Under the pieces are notes generated by a model, which was not told where the DNA came from, ran no database searches, and worked only from the letters and a program-made list of their open reading frames with translations. From assembly GCF_009914755.1 (NCBI RefSeq), contig NC_060934.1: a stretch of DNA of 64,000 bases. One strand, 5' to 3'. Shown in pieces: positions 39,918 through 57,367 of the stretch; position 1 is the first letter of the stretch; each line of letters begins with the position of its first letter. Position numbers and translations under genes: made by a program. The stretch is from the human T2T-CHM13v2.0 reference genome, Homo sapiens.

Positions 39918-40881
39918 TAGACAGTATAGTTAGGTCTTGCTACTTTATCCAGCCTGATGATTGCTGTCTTTAGAATATTTAGATCATTTAAACTTAATGT
40001 AATTATTTATATGGTTGGATCTGAATGAATTATCTTGTTATTTCCTATTTCTCCCAATCTGTTCTTGTTCCCTTTTCCCTTTTTTTCCTGCCATATTTGA
40101 AATTGAATACTTTTTAGTTTTCCATTTTATCTCCACTACTGGCCTATTATAAATATACTTGTATCTTTGTAGCTTTAGTGATTGTGCTCGTGTTTAAAAT
40201 ATGCACATTTAACCTGCCACAACATAACTTCAAATATTATACCACGTCACATACAAAATATAAAAACTTTGTAATAAAATTTATCTATTTCCTCCTTCCT
40301 GTCTTTTGTGCTACTGTCATCATAATCTAACTACTGTAGGACTGTTATACTAGAGAAGCTACATGCAAGTCCTCTGGTAGACAGTCCCAGATAAAACTAG
40401 GTTTTGGGTTATCTTTGCCAAAGTGACAGAAATGTGATTACAGCTGTCTTTTATCCTCCAGACCGCATTGAGCTCATTCTCGAGTTGAAGGCCACCAAGT
40501 GACCTCAGGTGATGCTACATGAAAAAGAATAACCATCAGCTGAACCTGCCCTTTTCTCTGGCCCACAAATTGTGAGGTACAATAAAATGGCTGTGTCTTC
40601 AGGGGATGTGTTTAGGTATTTTCTTACACAGAATTAGAGAACCATAACAGAATCTAGTAAAGGGAAGTGGAATTCTGTAATAAAATCTTAAAACATTGCT
40701 CTCTTCAAAGCTGTCAGACAGGGACATTTAAGTCTGCAGAGGTTACTGCTGTCTTTTTGTTTGTCTGTGCCCTGCCCCCAGAGGTGGAGCCTACAGAGGC
40801 AGGCAGGCCTCCTTGAGCTGTGGTGGGCTCCGCCCAGTTGGAGCTTCCCGGCTGCTTTGTTTACCTAATCAAGCCTGGGCA

Positions 40882-41334
40882 ATGGCGGGTGCCCCTCTCC
40901 CACCCTCACTGCCGCCTTGCAGTTTGATCTCAGACTGCTGTGCTAGCAATCAGCGAGACTCCGTGGGTGTAGGACCCTCCGAGCCAGGTGTGGGATATAA
41001 TCTCGTGGTGCACCATTTTTTAAGCCCGTCGGAAAAGCGCAGTATTCGGGAGGGAGTAACCCGATTTTCCAGGTGCCATCTGTCACCCCTTTCTTTGACT
41101 CGGAAAGGGAACTCCCTGACCCCTTGCGCTTCCCAAGTGAGGCAATGCCTCGCCCTGCTTCGGCTCGCGCACCCACTGACCTGCGCCCACTGTCTGGCAC
41201 TCCCTAGTGAGATGAACCCAGTACCTCAGATGGAAATGCAGAAATCACCGTCTTCTGCATCGCTCACGCTGGGAGCTGTAGACCGGAGCTGTTCCTATTC
41301 GGCCATCTTGGCTCCTCCGCAGCTGGAGATCTGA
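40882..41334 (+). CDS. L1 ORF0 homolog extended to 150 aa across the inversion junction
   Basis: MAGAPLPPSLPPCSLISDCCASNQRDSVGVGPSEPG is the ORF0 N-terminus; expression unknown. Confidence 0.6.
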   Translation: MAGAPLPPSLPPCSLISDCCASNQRDSVGVGPSEPGVGYNLVVHHFLSPSEKRSIREGVTRFSRCHLSPLSLTRKGNSLTPCASQVRQCLALLRLAHPLTCAHCLALPSEMNPVPQMEMQKSPSSASLTLGAVDRSCSYSAILAPPQLEI

Positions 41335-41573
41335 GTACGGGCAGACTGCCTCCTCAAGTGGGTCCCTGACCCCTGACCCCTGAGCAGCCTAACTGGGAGG
41401 CACCCCCCAGCAGGGGCACACCGACATCTCACACGGCAGGGTATTCCAACAGACCTGCAGCTGAGGGGTCCTGTCTGTTAGAAGGAAAACTAACAAACAG
41501 AAAAGACATCCCCACCAAAAACCCATCTGTACATCACCATCATCAAAGACCAAAAGTAGATAAAACCACAAAG

Positions 41574-42590
41574 ATGGGGAAAAAACAGAACAGAAAAACT
41601 GGAAACTCTAAAAAGCAGAGCACCTCTCCTCCTCCAAAGGAATGCAGTTCCTCACCAGCAACGGAACAAAGCTGGATGGAGAATGACTTCGACGAGCTGA
41701 GAGAAGAAGGCTTCAGACGATCAAATTACTCTGAGCTACGGGAGGACATTCAAACCAAAGGCAAAGAAGTTGAAAACTTTGAAAAAAATTTAGACGAACG
41801 TATAACTAGAATAACCAATACAGAGAAGTGCTTAAAGGAGCTGATGGAGCTGAAAACCAAGGCTCGAGAACTACGTGAAGAATGCAGAAGCCTCAGGAGC
41901 CGATGCGATCAACTGGAAGAAAGGGTATCAGCGATGGAAGATGAAATGAATGAAATGAAGCGAGAAGGGAAGTTTAGACAAAAAAGAATAAAAAGAAATG
42001 AGCAAAGCCTCCAAGAAATATGGGACTATGTGAAAAGACCAAATCTACATCTGATTGGTGTACCTGAAAGTGATGGGGAGAATGGAACCAAGTTGGAAAA
42101 CACTCTGCAGGATATTATCCAGGAGAACTTCCCCAATCTAGCAAGGCAGGCCAACGTTCAGATTCAGGAAATACAGAGAACGCCACAAAGATACTCCTCA
42201 AGAAGAGCAACTCCAAGACACATAATTGTCAGATTCACCAGAGTTGAAATGAAGGAAAAAATGTTAACAGCAGCCAGAGAGAAAGGTCGGGTTACCCTCA
42301 AAGGGAAGCCCATCACACTAACAGCGGATCTCTCGGCAGAAACCCTACAAGCCAGAAGAGAGTGGGGGCCAATATTCAACATTCTTAAAGACAACAATTT
42401 TCAACCCAGAATTTCATATCCAGCCAAACTAAGCTTCATAAGCGAAGGAGAAATAAAATCCTTTACAGACAAACAAATGCTGAGAGATTTTGTCACCACC
42501 AGGCCTGCCCTAAAAGAGCTCCTGAAGGAAGCGCTAAACATGGAAAGGAACAACCGGTACCAGCCACTGCAAAATCATGCCAAAATGTAA
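41574..42590 (+). CDS. L1 ORF1p, intact 338 aa
   Basis: MGKKQNRKTGNSK...LQNHAKM, full length. Confidence 0.97.
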   Translation: MGKKQNRKTGNSKKQSTSPPPKECSSSPATEQSWMENDFDELREEGFRRSNYSELREDIQTKGKEVENFEKNLDERITRITNTEKCLKELMELKTKARELREECRSLRSRCDQLEERVSAMEDEMNEMKREGKFRQKRIKRNEQSLQEIWDYVKRPNLHLIGVPESDGENGTKLENTLQDIIQENFPNLARQANVQIQEIQRTPQRYSSRRATPRHIIVRFTRVEMKEKMLTAAREKGRVTLKGKPITLTADLSAETLQARREWGPIFNILKDNNFQPRISYPAKLSFISEGEIKSFTDKQMLRDFVTTRPALKELLKEALNMERNNRYQPLQNHAKM

Positions 42591-42653
42591 AGACCATCAA
42601 GACTACGAAGAAACTGCATCAACTAACGAGCAAAATAACCAGCTAACATCATC

Positions 42654-46478
<3,825 letters not shown>

Positions 46479-46711
46479 ACAATGAGATCACATGGACACA
46501 GGAAGGGGAATATCACACTCTGGGGACTGTTGTGTGGTGGGGGTAGAGGGGAGGGATAACATTGGGAGATATACCTAATGCTAGATGACGAGTTAGTGGG
46601 TGCAGCGCACCAGCGTGGCACATGTATACATATGTAACTAACCTGCACAATGTGCACATGTACCCTAAAACTTAAAGTATAATAAAAAAAATTTAAAAAA
46701 TTAAAAAAAAA

Positions 46712-46860
46712 AGTAAAAGAATCCAAAGAGATACCATGCAGATACTAATCATTAAGAAAACTGGAGGGAGCTATATTACTAGCCAATAAAATAAACTTCA
46801 AAACATGAGATAATACTAGCAGTATTGAGAAATATTTCATAATGATGTAAGAATCAATTA
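46712..46860 (+). repeat. Inverted copy of 38522-38670 (flank of the upstream L1)
   Basis: Exact reverse complement over about 149 bp. Confidence 0.97.
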
Positions 46861-47142
46861 TACATATGTAACTAACCTGCACAACGTGCACATGTACCCT
46901 AAAACTTAAAATATAATAATAAAAAAAAAAACATACACACACACACACACAAAAAAAAAACAAACATGTGGCATTGGCTTTGGGACCAGAGGTGAGCAGA
47001 AGCTGGAAGTGACTTAAGAAGACTGTTAGTGAAGGTTTGAACAACATTAATGAAAACCTTATGGTGGATAGATGAATAACTCTTCTTATGCAGTGGGAAG
47101 TTTGTAACACTGTTCCTCACATGAAATAGAAAAGACAAAATA

Positions 47143-47506
<364 letters not shown>

Positions 47507-49175
47507 TTAGCTATCTATAAGTTATGGATACACAAACTGATGAAAGAACTGTTTCATTTTCAAGTAGAAGTTAGAGGAAAATTTTTAAAGAACCAGGACT
47601 TGATCTTTTCAAAACTAAACAGTTTCTCATCCCCATTATCTCTAGAGAGAAATGTAAGAAAAAGCTTCAGAGTTACAGAATTACTATTAAGGCTTGGGGC
47701 CTACTACCAGTAAAGCGTGGTTTCAGGATAAAAATCTCTACAGCATGGCTGTAAAACACCTTGTTGAGACTGAAAGACTAAAATCGTATCTAGTTCAGTT
47801 CTAAGAATCTTAAGAGTATGACACTTAGATTCTGTTCTAAGGCAAAAGGCCTCTAAGAATCTTGATGATGTGCACTTTGGACTCTTAAATAGACAGAAAA
47901 GCTCATAGGAATATTATGGGTGTTGTTTCAAAATACCTTGACTCAGTATGAAAGAAAAAAAATGCCTCTCTAAAATAAATGTGGGTGGGCCTCTGATTAA
48001 TGGAGCGGGCTACAATTTGATACACAGGAAGCCCACAAAGTTTTAAAAAACATTATATCAGCTTGCACTGAAAGGGACAGAGATAGTGCAAAATGAAAAC
48101 AGGCTTTTGGACTCTCAAATTTCTACAGGCAGAAAGGCTGAAAAGGCTACTCAGTTGCAAAAAATGACCATTTCTTACAGAAAAAGGATGACTCTAAATT
48201 GAGAGAGCAAAACCTCGAGCCAGGGAGAATCATTATCAGGAGGCAAGAATAGCCTAATAAAAGAACTAACATCAGTATATCAAAATTTCTATGGACCAGT
48301 AAAGCTGTATGTTTCCTGTTTCCCTATTTGTGAATGGGAATGTTTACTGCAGCTATTCTATGACTGCCTCTTCATTATATTGTTGGGTAGTTGTCTCTTC
48401 AGCTACACCTGAGAAGATTCCTGAACAGTGTACTTGTTGTAAATAACAAGTTCTTGAACTTTAAGACTCAGGGTAAAGAAGAGTTGGAAAATAATTTTGG
48501 GATTCTTGGAGGTGGGTGAGTAAATAAGGAACATAGGAAGAGACTGAATCATTTGTGACCAGATAGTGGACTGTGGTGGATTAAAGATGGCCACAAATGT
48601 TTTGATACTTCTTCCACTGGAAGGTCATGCCTATGTCTTCTCTCACTAAAACTGGAAGAACTCTGTGACTCCTTTGACCAACAGAATATAGTGGAAGTGA
48701 TATGGTACCATTTTTCAGTTTTAGGCTTTAAGACGCTGGCAGCGTCCACTTTCTATCTCCACGAAAATTCTCTCTAGAAGCCGGAAGCCACAATAATAAG
48801 TCTGACTATGCTAAGACTACCATGCTAGAAAGGTCATGTAGACTTAGCCTTCCACCTCTGCCCAGGCACCCTGTATATATGTATCTTGAATCCTCCAGAG
48901 AATTCCATCCACCAGCAGAATACCACCCAGTGATCTCAGTCAACGAAACATGCAACCAAAAATCACCAAGCTGGGACCTGCCTGAATTTTCAACCCATAG
49001 AACGATGAGCTAAATGAGACTTGCTGTTTCACACCACTGAATATTGGGGCATTTTATTAGGTAGTAACATATTATTACAACGTTGATTTTTGTAACTTAT
49101 TATTATTTTTTTTAGTTGTTCCAGAAGCCACAATGTCCCATTACCACCTTCTACAACCTAACTGAAAGCAGAAAC

Positions 49176-49262
49176 CTGAACCTAGTGATTTTGCAGAAGC
49201 AATTTGCAAAGTTCATTATAAGGTAAAATTATTTCTGAGAGGCCAATTTTCTCTAAGATATT
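49176..49262 (-). pseudogene. Fossil exon: NILEKIGLSEIILPYNELCKLLLQNH*VQ (kinase X-XI)
   Basis: TTTGTTTTAG acceptor; donor position uncertain. Confidence 0.5.
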
Positions 49263-49334
49263 CTAAAACAAACAATTTTTCAAACACAATATACTCCAAC
49301 TAAATCACTGCAATTATAACCATTTTCGTCTTAC

Positions 49335-49448
49335 TAAATAAACTATTGTACATAGATAATCAAGCCAAAGGATTCATGCTCAGGCTCTCCTTCAGTTCAT
49401 TTAACACAGTTATTCAGTCACTTTCTCATGATTGAAGCAAGAGTGGGA
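49335..49448 (-). pseudogene. Fossil exon: SPTLASIMRK*...EHESFGLIIY (compare DVYSFGLIL)
   Basis: TTA|GTAAGA donor; acceptor apparently decayed to AA; 114 nt. Confidence 0.6.
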
Positions 49449-49614
49449 TTACAAATAGAAAATTAAGACCCTTTATGGTACTCTACAGCAGTGATTTTCA
49501 AACACAACATAAAAAATACCAATGTGAGATAAGTGATGAAATATAAAAGAGAGACTGTTAGTGAAATGATAAACTATGTTTACGTAAATATGTGTGTGAC
49601 CAAACTGACATCTT

Positions 49615-51372
49615 TTTAAAGTTTTATTTTATTTTTGACACATAATAATTGTATATATTTATGGAATACAGTGTGGTATTCTGATACTTGTCATTTTTTA
49701 ATGAGAACATTCAAAGCTTCTCTTGTATTTTGAAATATGTTATTATTAACTAAAGTCACCCTACTGTACCATAGAACACCAGAACTTATTCCTCCTATGT
49801 GACTGTAGGTTTGCACTTGTTGACCAACCTCTCTTCATCTCTCCTATCTCTTCCCCACCCAGTGGTAACCACTATTCTACTTTCTACTTCTATGAGATAA
49901 ACGTTTTTAGATTCCACATATAAATGAGATGCCTGGCTTATTTCACTTAATATAATGACCTCTGGGTTCATCCATGTTCACTGCAAATGATAGAATTTCA
50001 TTCTTTTCTATGGCTGAATAGTATTCCATTGTGTATATATGACATATTTTATTTATCCATTCATACACTAATAAACACTTAGGTTGATTCCATATCTTGG
50101 CTATTGTAACTAGTGCTGCAATAAACATAGGAGGGCAGGTATCTCTTCAACAACATACTGATTTCACTTATTTTGGATATATAAGCCGTACAGTGAAACT
50201 GTTAGATCATATGGTAGTTCTGTTATTAATATTTTAAAGAACTTCCATGCTGTTTTTTATTATGGCTGTACTAATTTACATTCCCACCAACAGTGTAAAT
50301 TAACAGTTCCCTTTTCTCCACATCCTTGCCAGGACTTGTTATTGTCTTTTTGGTAATAGCCATTCTAACTGGGGTAAGATGATAATCTCATTACTGTTTT
50401 GATTTGCGTTTCCCTGATGTAGTGATGTTGAACATTTTTTCATATGTCTGTTGCCATTTGCATGTCTTCTTTTGAGAAATATCTATTCAGATCTTTTCCC
50501 ACTTTAGCATTCAGATTGTTTGCTTGCTTTTTGCTATTGAGTTGTTCAGATTCCTTACACATTCTGGATGTTAACCCCTTGTCAGATGTGTAGTTAGCTA
50601 ATATTTTCTCCCATTCTACAGATTGTCTCTTCACTCTGTTGTTTCCTTTGCTGTATAGAGCTTTAAGTTTGATGTAATCCCATTTGTTTATTTTTTCTTT
50701 CCTTGTCTGTGCTTTTGAAGTCTTACCCATACAAACCTTATCTAGACCAATGTCATGAAGTGTTTCTCCTGTGTATTCTAATAGTTTCATAGTCTGTCTT
50801 TAATCCATTTTGAGTTGATGTTGGTAAGAAACAGGTATCTAGTTTCTGCACATGGATGTCCAGTTTTCCTAGCCCCATTTATTTCAGAGGATGTCCTTTC
50901 CCCAATGTGTGCTCTTAGCATGTTCATCAATCAGCTGGCTGTAAATACATGGATTTCTGGGTTCTCTATTCTGTACCACTGTCCTATGTGTCTGTTTTTA
51001 TGTGTGTACCATGCTGTTTTGGTTACTATTGGTTAATATTCTTTGGGATATTTTGAGGAGAATTGACATTATTACTATTTTAAATGTTCAACAGGAAAAG
51101 CATCAGGGTTTGGGCTGTTCTTTGATGGACTAATTCTTATTACTGATTCAATTTTGTGACTCATTATTGCTGTACTCAGGTGTTCTATTCCATTATGATT
51201 TGGTCTTGGTAGGCTGTATGACCTTTGACCTTCCTGTGCCTGGATATTTATATTTTTCTTGAGGTTTGGAAATGCTTTGTAGTATAATTTGAAGTCAGGT
51301 AGTGTGATGCCTCCAGCTTTGTTCTTTTTCCCAATGTTGCTTTGGCTACTCGAGGTCTTTTGTAGTTCCATT
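49615..51372 (-). mobile_element. L1MA-like 3' portion
   Basis: ORF2 C-terminal peptides on the minus strand. Confidence 0.85.
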
Positions 51373-51390
51373 TTTGGGACTGAGTCATAC

Positions 51391-51591
51391 GACCAAAGAA
51401 TAGCATTCCTGGCCTTGTACTTTTGCTGATCTCCTCCCTATTCACTCAACAGGGCTGTATTTATCAATGTGCCTTTGATGTTAGGCTACCAGACTGTATA
51501 GAAAGGGGGCTCAAGAAACAGGTCTTCAGAAGAGAGTCTTCAGTTATTTACTATGAGGATGTTATTTAAGGACAGACTTGATTACACTGCA
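51391..51591 (-). pseudogene. Fossil exon: DAV*SSLSLNNILIVNN*RLSSEDL...KARNAILW (kinase catalytic loop to subdomain VIII)
   Basis: TTCTTTTTGTTATAG acceptor, TC|GTATGA donor, 201 nt, phase 2-2. Confidence 0.65.
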
Positions 51592-52390
51592 CTATAACAA
51601 AAAGAATACATTTTCCTTTGAATATAATTATTAGGCTTCTCCTAAAATATTGATAAATTTTGATCTTGTGAACAACAGAAAAGAAATTTCATATTGAGAG
51701 ATGTCTTCTTAGAGAGCTTAGAGCAAAATCCATGATCCACCTCAAGCAAAATATAGGAGCTTTTATAAGATATAATGTGTGTCCCATCCTTACTCCATTT
51801 GTACTACTTTTATAATTTTGATATGGATTGAAGTGCAATTTATATGCCATAAAATTAATCATTGTCCATTGAACAGGGGACAGTTCAATGACGTTTTAGT
51901 CCATTTATAGAGGACCAGAATGTACTAAATGGATGCAATCATCACTACAATCCAGTTTTCCATTATCTCTCCCAATTCCCTTGAGTTCATATGCAGTCAA
52001 TTCCTGCTCCAACCCCTAGTTCCCCTCTAATCTCCTTGCTAACTCAATCAGTTTCCCTTTTCTAGAAATTTCATAAGTGAAATCATATAATATGTAGTCT
52101 ATTGAGTCTAGTTCCTTTCACTCAACACTATATTTTTTAGTTTCATCCATGCTGCAGCATATATCAATATTTTCTTCCTTTTTCATTGCTGAATAGTATT
52201 CCAATGTATAGATATGCCTCATTTTGTTTATCCATTTACCAGGTTATGGACATTGCATTTTTTCTTGTTTTTATTAATATCTATTACAAATAATGTTGCC
52301 AAGAGCAATTACATACAAGTCTTTGTGTGAACATATGTTTTCATTTCTCTTGGGCAGATTCCAAGAAGTGGAATTGCTGAGTTTATATGG

Positions 52391-53097
52391 CACAATGATT
52401 AAAAATTATGTATCAGTTTGGCTGGACCACAGCACTCAGATATTTGGTCAAACATTATTCTCGACATTTCTGCAAGAGTAATTTTGGACAAGATCTGCAT
52501 TTAGACTGTTAGACTTTGAGTAGAGCAGATGGTTCTCCATTATATGGGGGAGCTTCATCTAATGAGTTGATGGCCTGAATAGAACAAAAGGATGACCTCC
52601 CTGGGCAAAAGGGAAGTCCCCAGCAGACTCCCTTCAGACTTCATCTGCAATATTGGCTCTTCTGGTTTTCCAGCTGACTGCCTTTAGACTCAAACTGCAA
52701 CTCTTTCTGAGCCAATTAATTCCTTAAAATAAATTTTGGCCGGGCGCGGTGGCTCACACCTGTAATCCCAGCACTTTGGAAGGCCGAGGTGGGCGGATCA
52801 CGAGGTCAGGAGATTGAGACCATCCTGGCTAACACGGTGAAACCCCGTCTCTACTAAAAATACAAAAAAAAAAAAAAAATTAGCCGGGCGTGTTGGCAGG
52901 TGCCTGTAGTCCCAGCTACTCAGGAGGCTGAGGCAGGAGAATGGCGTGAACCCGGGAGGCGGAGCTTGTAATGAGCCGAGATCGCACCACTGCACTCCAG
53001 CCTGGGTGACAGAGCCAGACTCCGTCTCAATAAATAAATTTCTTCACACACACACACATACCTGATTCATTCTGTCTCTCTGGAGAACCTTACTACA
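52391..53097 (+). mobile_element. MLT2 (ERVL) LTR with AluY inserted
   Basis: MLT2-like ends, 5-bp TSD TATGG. Confidence 0.8.
52738..53033 (+). mobile_element. AluY
   Basis: AluY diagnostics; TSD AATAAATTT. Confidence 0.95.
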
Positions 53098-54450
53098 TAT
53101 GGTAAGTTGGTTTAACTTTAAAAGAAATAGCCAAACTATTTTCCAAAGTGGTTATAACAATTTACATTCCTACCAACAATGTATAATATGAGAGTTCCTG
53201 TTTCTCCACATCCTAGACACTATATACTGTCTTTTTTATTACAGCCATCCTAGGGGATGTAATCTCATTGTGGTATCTCATTGTGTTTTTAATGTGTATC
53301 TTCCTAATGACTAATGATGCTCACTGTGCTTACATGTGGCTATTAATCACTCTCATGTCTTTTCAGATGAAGTGTCTATTCTGTTCTTTTGCTCACTGTT
53401 AAGTTGGGTTGTTTGCCTTATTATTTACTTATAATTCTTTACATGTTTTGGATACAAGTCCTTTATCACACATGATTTGCAAATATTTTCTCCCAGTCTG
53501 CAGCCTATCTTTTCAGTTTCTTCCCAATGTCTTTTGTAGCATAAAAATGTTAATTTTAATTAAGTCAAATTCATCAATTTTTTATCTTATGGCTCATGCT
53601 TCTGGTGTCATACCTAACAACTCTGCCTAATCCAAGGTCATAAAGTTTCTTCTATGCTTTCTTTTAGAAGTTTTATAATTTTAGCTCTTACATTTAGGCC
53701 CCTAATTCATTGTCAGCTAATTTTTGTGTATTGTTATTGTGAGGAAGTTAATTTTTGTATATGATATCCAATTTTTCCAGCACCATTTGTTGAAAAAATA
53801 ACCCTTTCTCTATTTGTCTTAGCAGCTCTTCCAAAAATCAATGGACCAAAAATGTAAATGTTTATTTCTGGACTCTCAATTCCTCTCCATTGATTTATAT
53901 GCTTATCCTATGCCACGGCCACGTTGTCCTGAATACTGTCACCTTAGATTGAGTTTTGAAATGGGGATGTATAAATCCTCCAATTTTGTTCTTTTACTCA
54001 TTTATTTTAAATTTTATTTGATCCCACTGTACTAAGTGTACTTAGTAATACCACCTTAAATCCTTTCTTAGACAAGATAGATATAAATATAAAAATAAAA
54101 TAGGCTATATTTTAAAGACGTTTTCAAAATAACATAATCCTTTTAAGATTTCAACCATTAACGTATTCCCCTAGGATTGACTGTAAAATTAAGTTTTCCC
54201 ACCCCCGACACTCACATCAACAAACATTTACTGAATGCCTACTATGTACCAGGCACAGTGCAAGGTTAGGTGCCAAAGATACAGAGAAAAATAATATATA
54301 CTTACTCACTTAGCACTTAAATAGACAATGATGGCATAGTATATTAATAACAGGTATGTACAAGATAAAGAACAAAAGATATTAATCTTATCTTACCAGA
54401 TTTATCTTACTTTATATAAGCCTGTTTCTTAAAAAAAAAAAAAGTTTTTT

Positions 54451-54546
54451 TTACATATGTATACATATGTAACTAACCTGCACAATGCGCACATGTACCC
54501 TAAAACTTAGAGTATAATAAATAAAAAAAAAAAATTAAAAAAAAAA
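54451..54546 (+). mobile_element. Very short L1 3'-end insertion, L1HS-like
   Basis: About 70 nt of L1 3'UTR with CTTAGAGTAT, polyA, TT/AAAA site, A(n)T(n) TSD-like flanks. Confidence 0.85.
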
Positions 54547-54579
54547 TTTTTTTAATTTATTATACCTTTTTAAAAAATT

Positions 54580-54741
54580 ATTAGAAATGAGGTCTCGCTA
54601 TGTTGCCCAGGCTGGAGAACAGCGGCTATTCACAGGCATGATCATAGCGCACTATAGCCATGAACTCCTGGGCTCAGGCGATCCTTCCGCCCCAGCCTCC
54701 TGAGTAGCTGGGACTACAGGTGTGCACAACTGTGCCTGGCC
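54580..54741 (-). mobile_element. FAM (fossil Alu monomer)
   Basis: GGCTATTCACAGGC segment characteristic of FAM/7SL. Confidence 0.8.
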
Positions 54742-54857
54742 TGAAACAAATGATTTGTGAAACTTCTACCAGCTTTAATGTTCTTTGATTGTATAATCGC
54801 ATTTTATTTTTTTTAAACAAAAAGTGCTAAATTTTAAATTTGATAGAATCCCTTCTA

Positions 54858-55212
<355 letters not shown>

Positions 55213-55384
55213 CTAAACAAAATGCGTTTAAAACTACCAGAGAGGCTAGTACTTACAAAAGCTTGAAATAAGAAATTCTGTTGTAAAGTACTGGTTCTCT
55301 CCATCAGTTTAGGTCTTTTAATTTGCTTTTTCTTCTTAAGGTTACAAAAGCGAAAAGTCTTATTTCACCTCCAACCCACCTTAC

Positions 55385-55446
55385 TCTTTCCCATAAAGGT
55401 AACTTCTGTTATGCTCTGTCAACTCCTGCTTGTACAGAGCAACAAA
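55385..55446 (-). pseudogene. Fossil exon: ...SITE/SYLYGK (compare IAxGMSYLH), internal frameshift inferred
   Basis: TCTTCTATAG acceptor, AGA|GTAAGG donor, 62 nt. Confidence 0.6.
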
Positions 55447-55580
55447 CTATAGAAGATACAGATAGTAAGAACTCTTAAAATACTCAGATCAATCTCAAAC
55501 CTTATTTTAGATATAAGCTTCAGCCTCTTTCCCACTAAACTTGACATCAGAATAACTAGTAAAACTTGTAAGTTACTCAC

Positions 55581-55622
55581 TTTCCTTCTTCCTCCCAACC
55601 TATGCCCCAGAAAAGTTGGAGA
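55581..55622 (-). pseudogene. Fossil exon: LQLFWGIGWEEEG (compare TKL LxWxxRL)
   Basis: AAA|GTGAGT donor; acceptor apparently decayed AG to AA; 42 nt, phase 2-2. Confidence 0.5.
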
Positions 55623-55922
55623 TTAATAGAAAAAGACATAAGCAACACATCTAAATAACGTGCATGTGTGTATGAAAGTTTCATAGTGCACATTCCTGAA
55701 ACTTGTTCTATAAGAGATTTTAGTAAGTGTTCTTTAAAAATAAAGTAAGAAAGGAAGGAATTTGGAAGGAAGAAAGACAGGGGGTGGGTGTTCCCAAGTT
55801 CAAATACATTTGGGAAACACTGGGTTAAATAAAATACCAATATACACTACGTAATATACATTGTGATTGCTCCCACTTTTCCTAAAATTAGCAAACCACC
55901 AAAACCTTTAATCACGGATCAC

Positions 55923-56092
55923 TTAGTAATATCTTGAAAGAATCTAGGTCTTTACAAAAATACAGTGTGAGAAGCAAGTTGGATATAGCTTCCGGCTCAT
56001 TGTCACACTGGCAGCAATTCATACAGCTGAACAACTGTGGATATTCAGAGAAACATGCACAAGGTCACATCAATTTGCTACTGGCCAGAAGA
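55923..56092 (-). pseudogene. Fossil exon: SSGQ*QIDVTLCMFL*ISTVVQLYELLPV... (compare EVxLLxxLRHPNVVQLY)
   Basis: Strong TTTTATATTTTAG acceptor; phase 0-2; 5 stops; donor weak. Confidence 0.6.
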
Positions 56093-56395
56093 CTAAAATA
56101 TAAAATAAAAATTAAAGTGAGCAGACTGTCTCAAGATTCCATCTTTACTGTTTTGGAAAAACTGGTTTCGTTTCTGTGTGGCATTATTTTTCCTTTAGCT
56201 ATATAATAAAATAATACAAGTAGATGTTTGACTCTAAAATGCACTAATGGGTTTGCTTTTAATAAGTAAATATAATCAAAGGGTCTCAATATAAATTATA
56301 TTCATTTTAAAATCTCCTTTACAAAACAAAAAATAGGACTAAAATAGTTTGTAATATTAGTACATGCTTTATTGTGAAAGAAACTTTAAGAGGTT

Positions 56396-56708
<313 letters not shown>

Positions 56709-56872
56709 TTAATAGAAACTCCTATCAAATTATGATATTTATCTATAGTGACAAATATCGATAGCCACCTATCTACGTGTAAAAAAATAGTGAACTTGGA
56801 AATATCTCCTTATATGTTAGGATTCAAATCAAGATATAACTCAGCAGTGAGCACTAGTATATATGCCAATGA

Positions 56873-57165
56873 GGCCAGGCCCTGTGGCTCACGCCTGTAA
56901 TCCCAGCACTTTGGGAGGCCAAGGCGAGTGGATCACAAGGTCAGGAGTTCAGGAGTTTAAGACCAGCCCGGCCAAGATGGTGAAACTCCGTCTCTACTAA
57001 AAACTACAAAAATTAGCCGGGTACGGTGGCAGGCGCCTGTAATCCCAGCTAATCGGGAGGCTGAGGCAGAAGAATCCCTTGAATCTGGGCAGCAGAGGTT
57101 GCAGATTGCAGCACTGCACTCCAGCCTGGGTGACATAGTGAGACTCCATCTCAAAAAAAAAAAAA
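56873..57165 (+). mobile_element. AluS
   Basis: TSD TGCCAATGA. Confidence 0.93.
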
Positions 57166-57269
57166 TTTTTTTTGCCAATGAGATTGAATCAAGCTTTTAT
57201 TATCAAACTGTAGTCATGAACAATAACTTTTCAGTGTATCTTATTCCTGTCTTCCTGCTGAAATTTTAC

Positions 57270-57367
57270 TTGGGTGAAAAGTCTGGGAGGATTTCCTACT
57301 AAAGTGATCCTTATAGTAGCTGAAATAGCTGCTGCATGTCCTAGGTGGAAGCTTTTCTGAAATTCTA
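57270..57367 (-). pseudogene. Fossil exon: VEFQKSFHLGHAAAISATIRITLVGNPPRLFTQ (kinase subdomains I-II)
   Basis: TTTTCTCCTAAAG acceptor, CAA|GTAAAA donor, 98 nt, phase 1-0, open frame. Confidence 0.6.

Larger units (their letters stand above)
51820..54000 (-). mobile_element. L1MB-like 3' portion interrupted by MLT2 and AluY
   Basis: Antisense L1 3' motifs. Confidence 0.75.

Noticed and set aside
46712-46860. L1 3' transduction
   Set aside because: The source is the flank of a truncated neighbour, and the segment is followed by more L1 3'UTR rather than directly by polyA; conversion fits better
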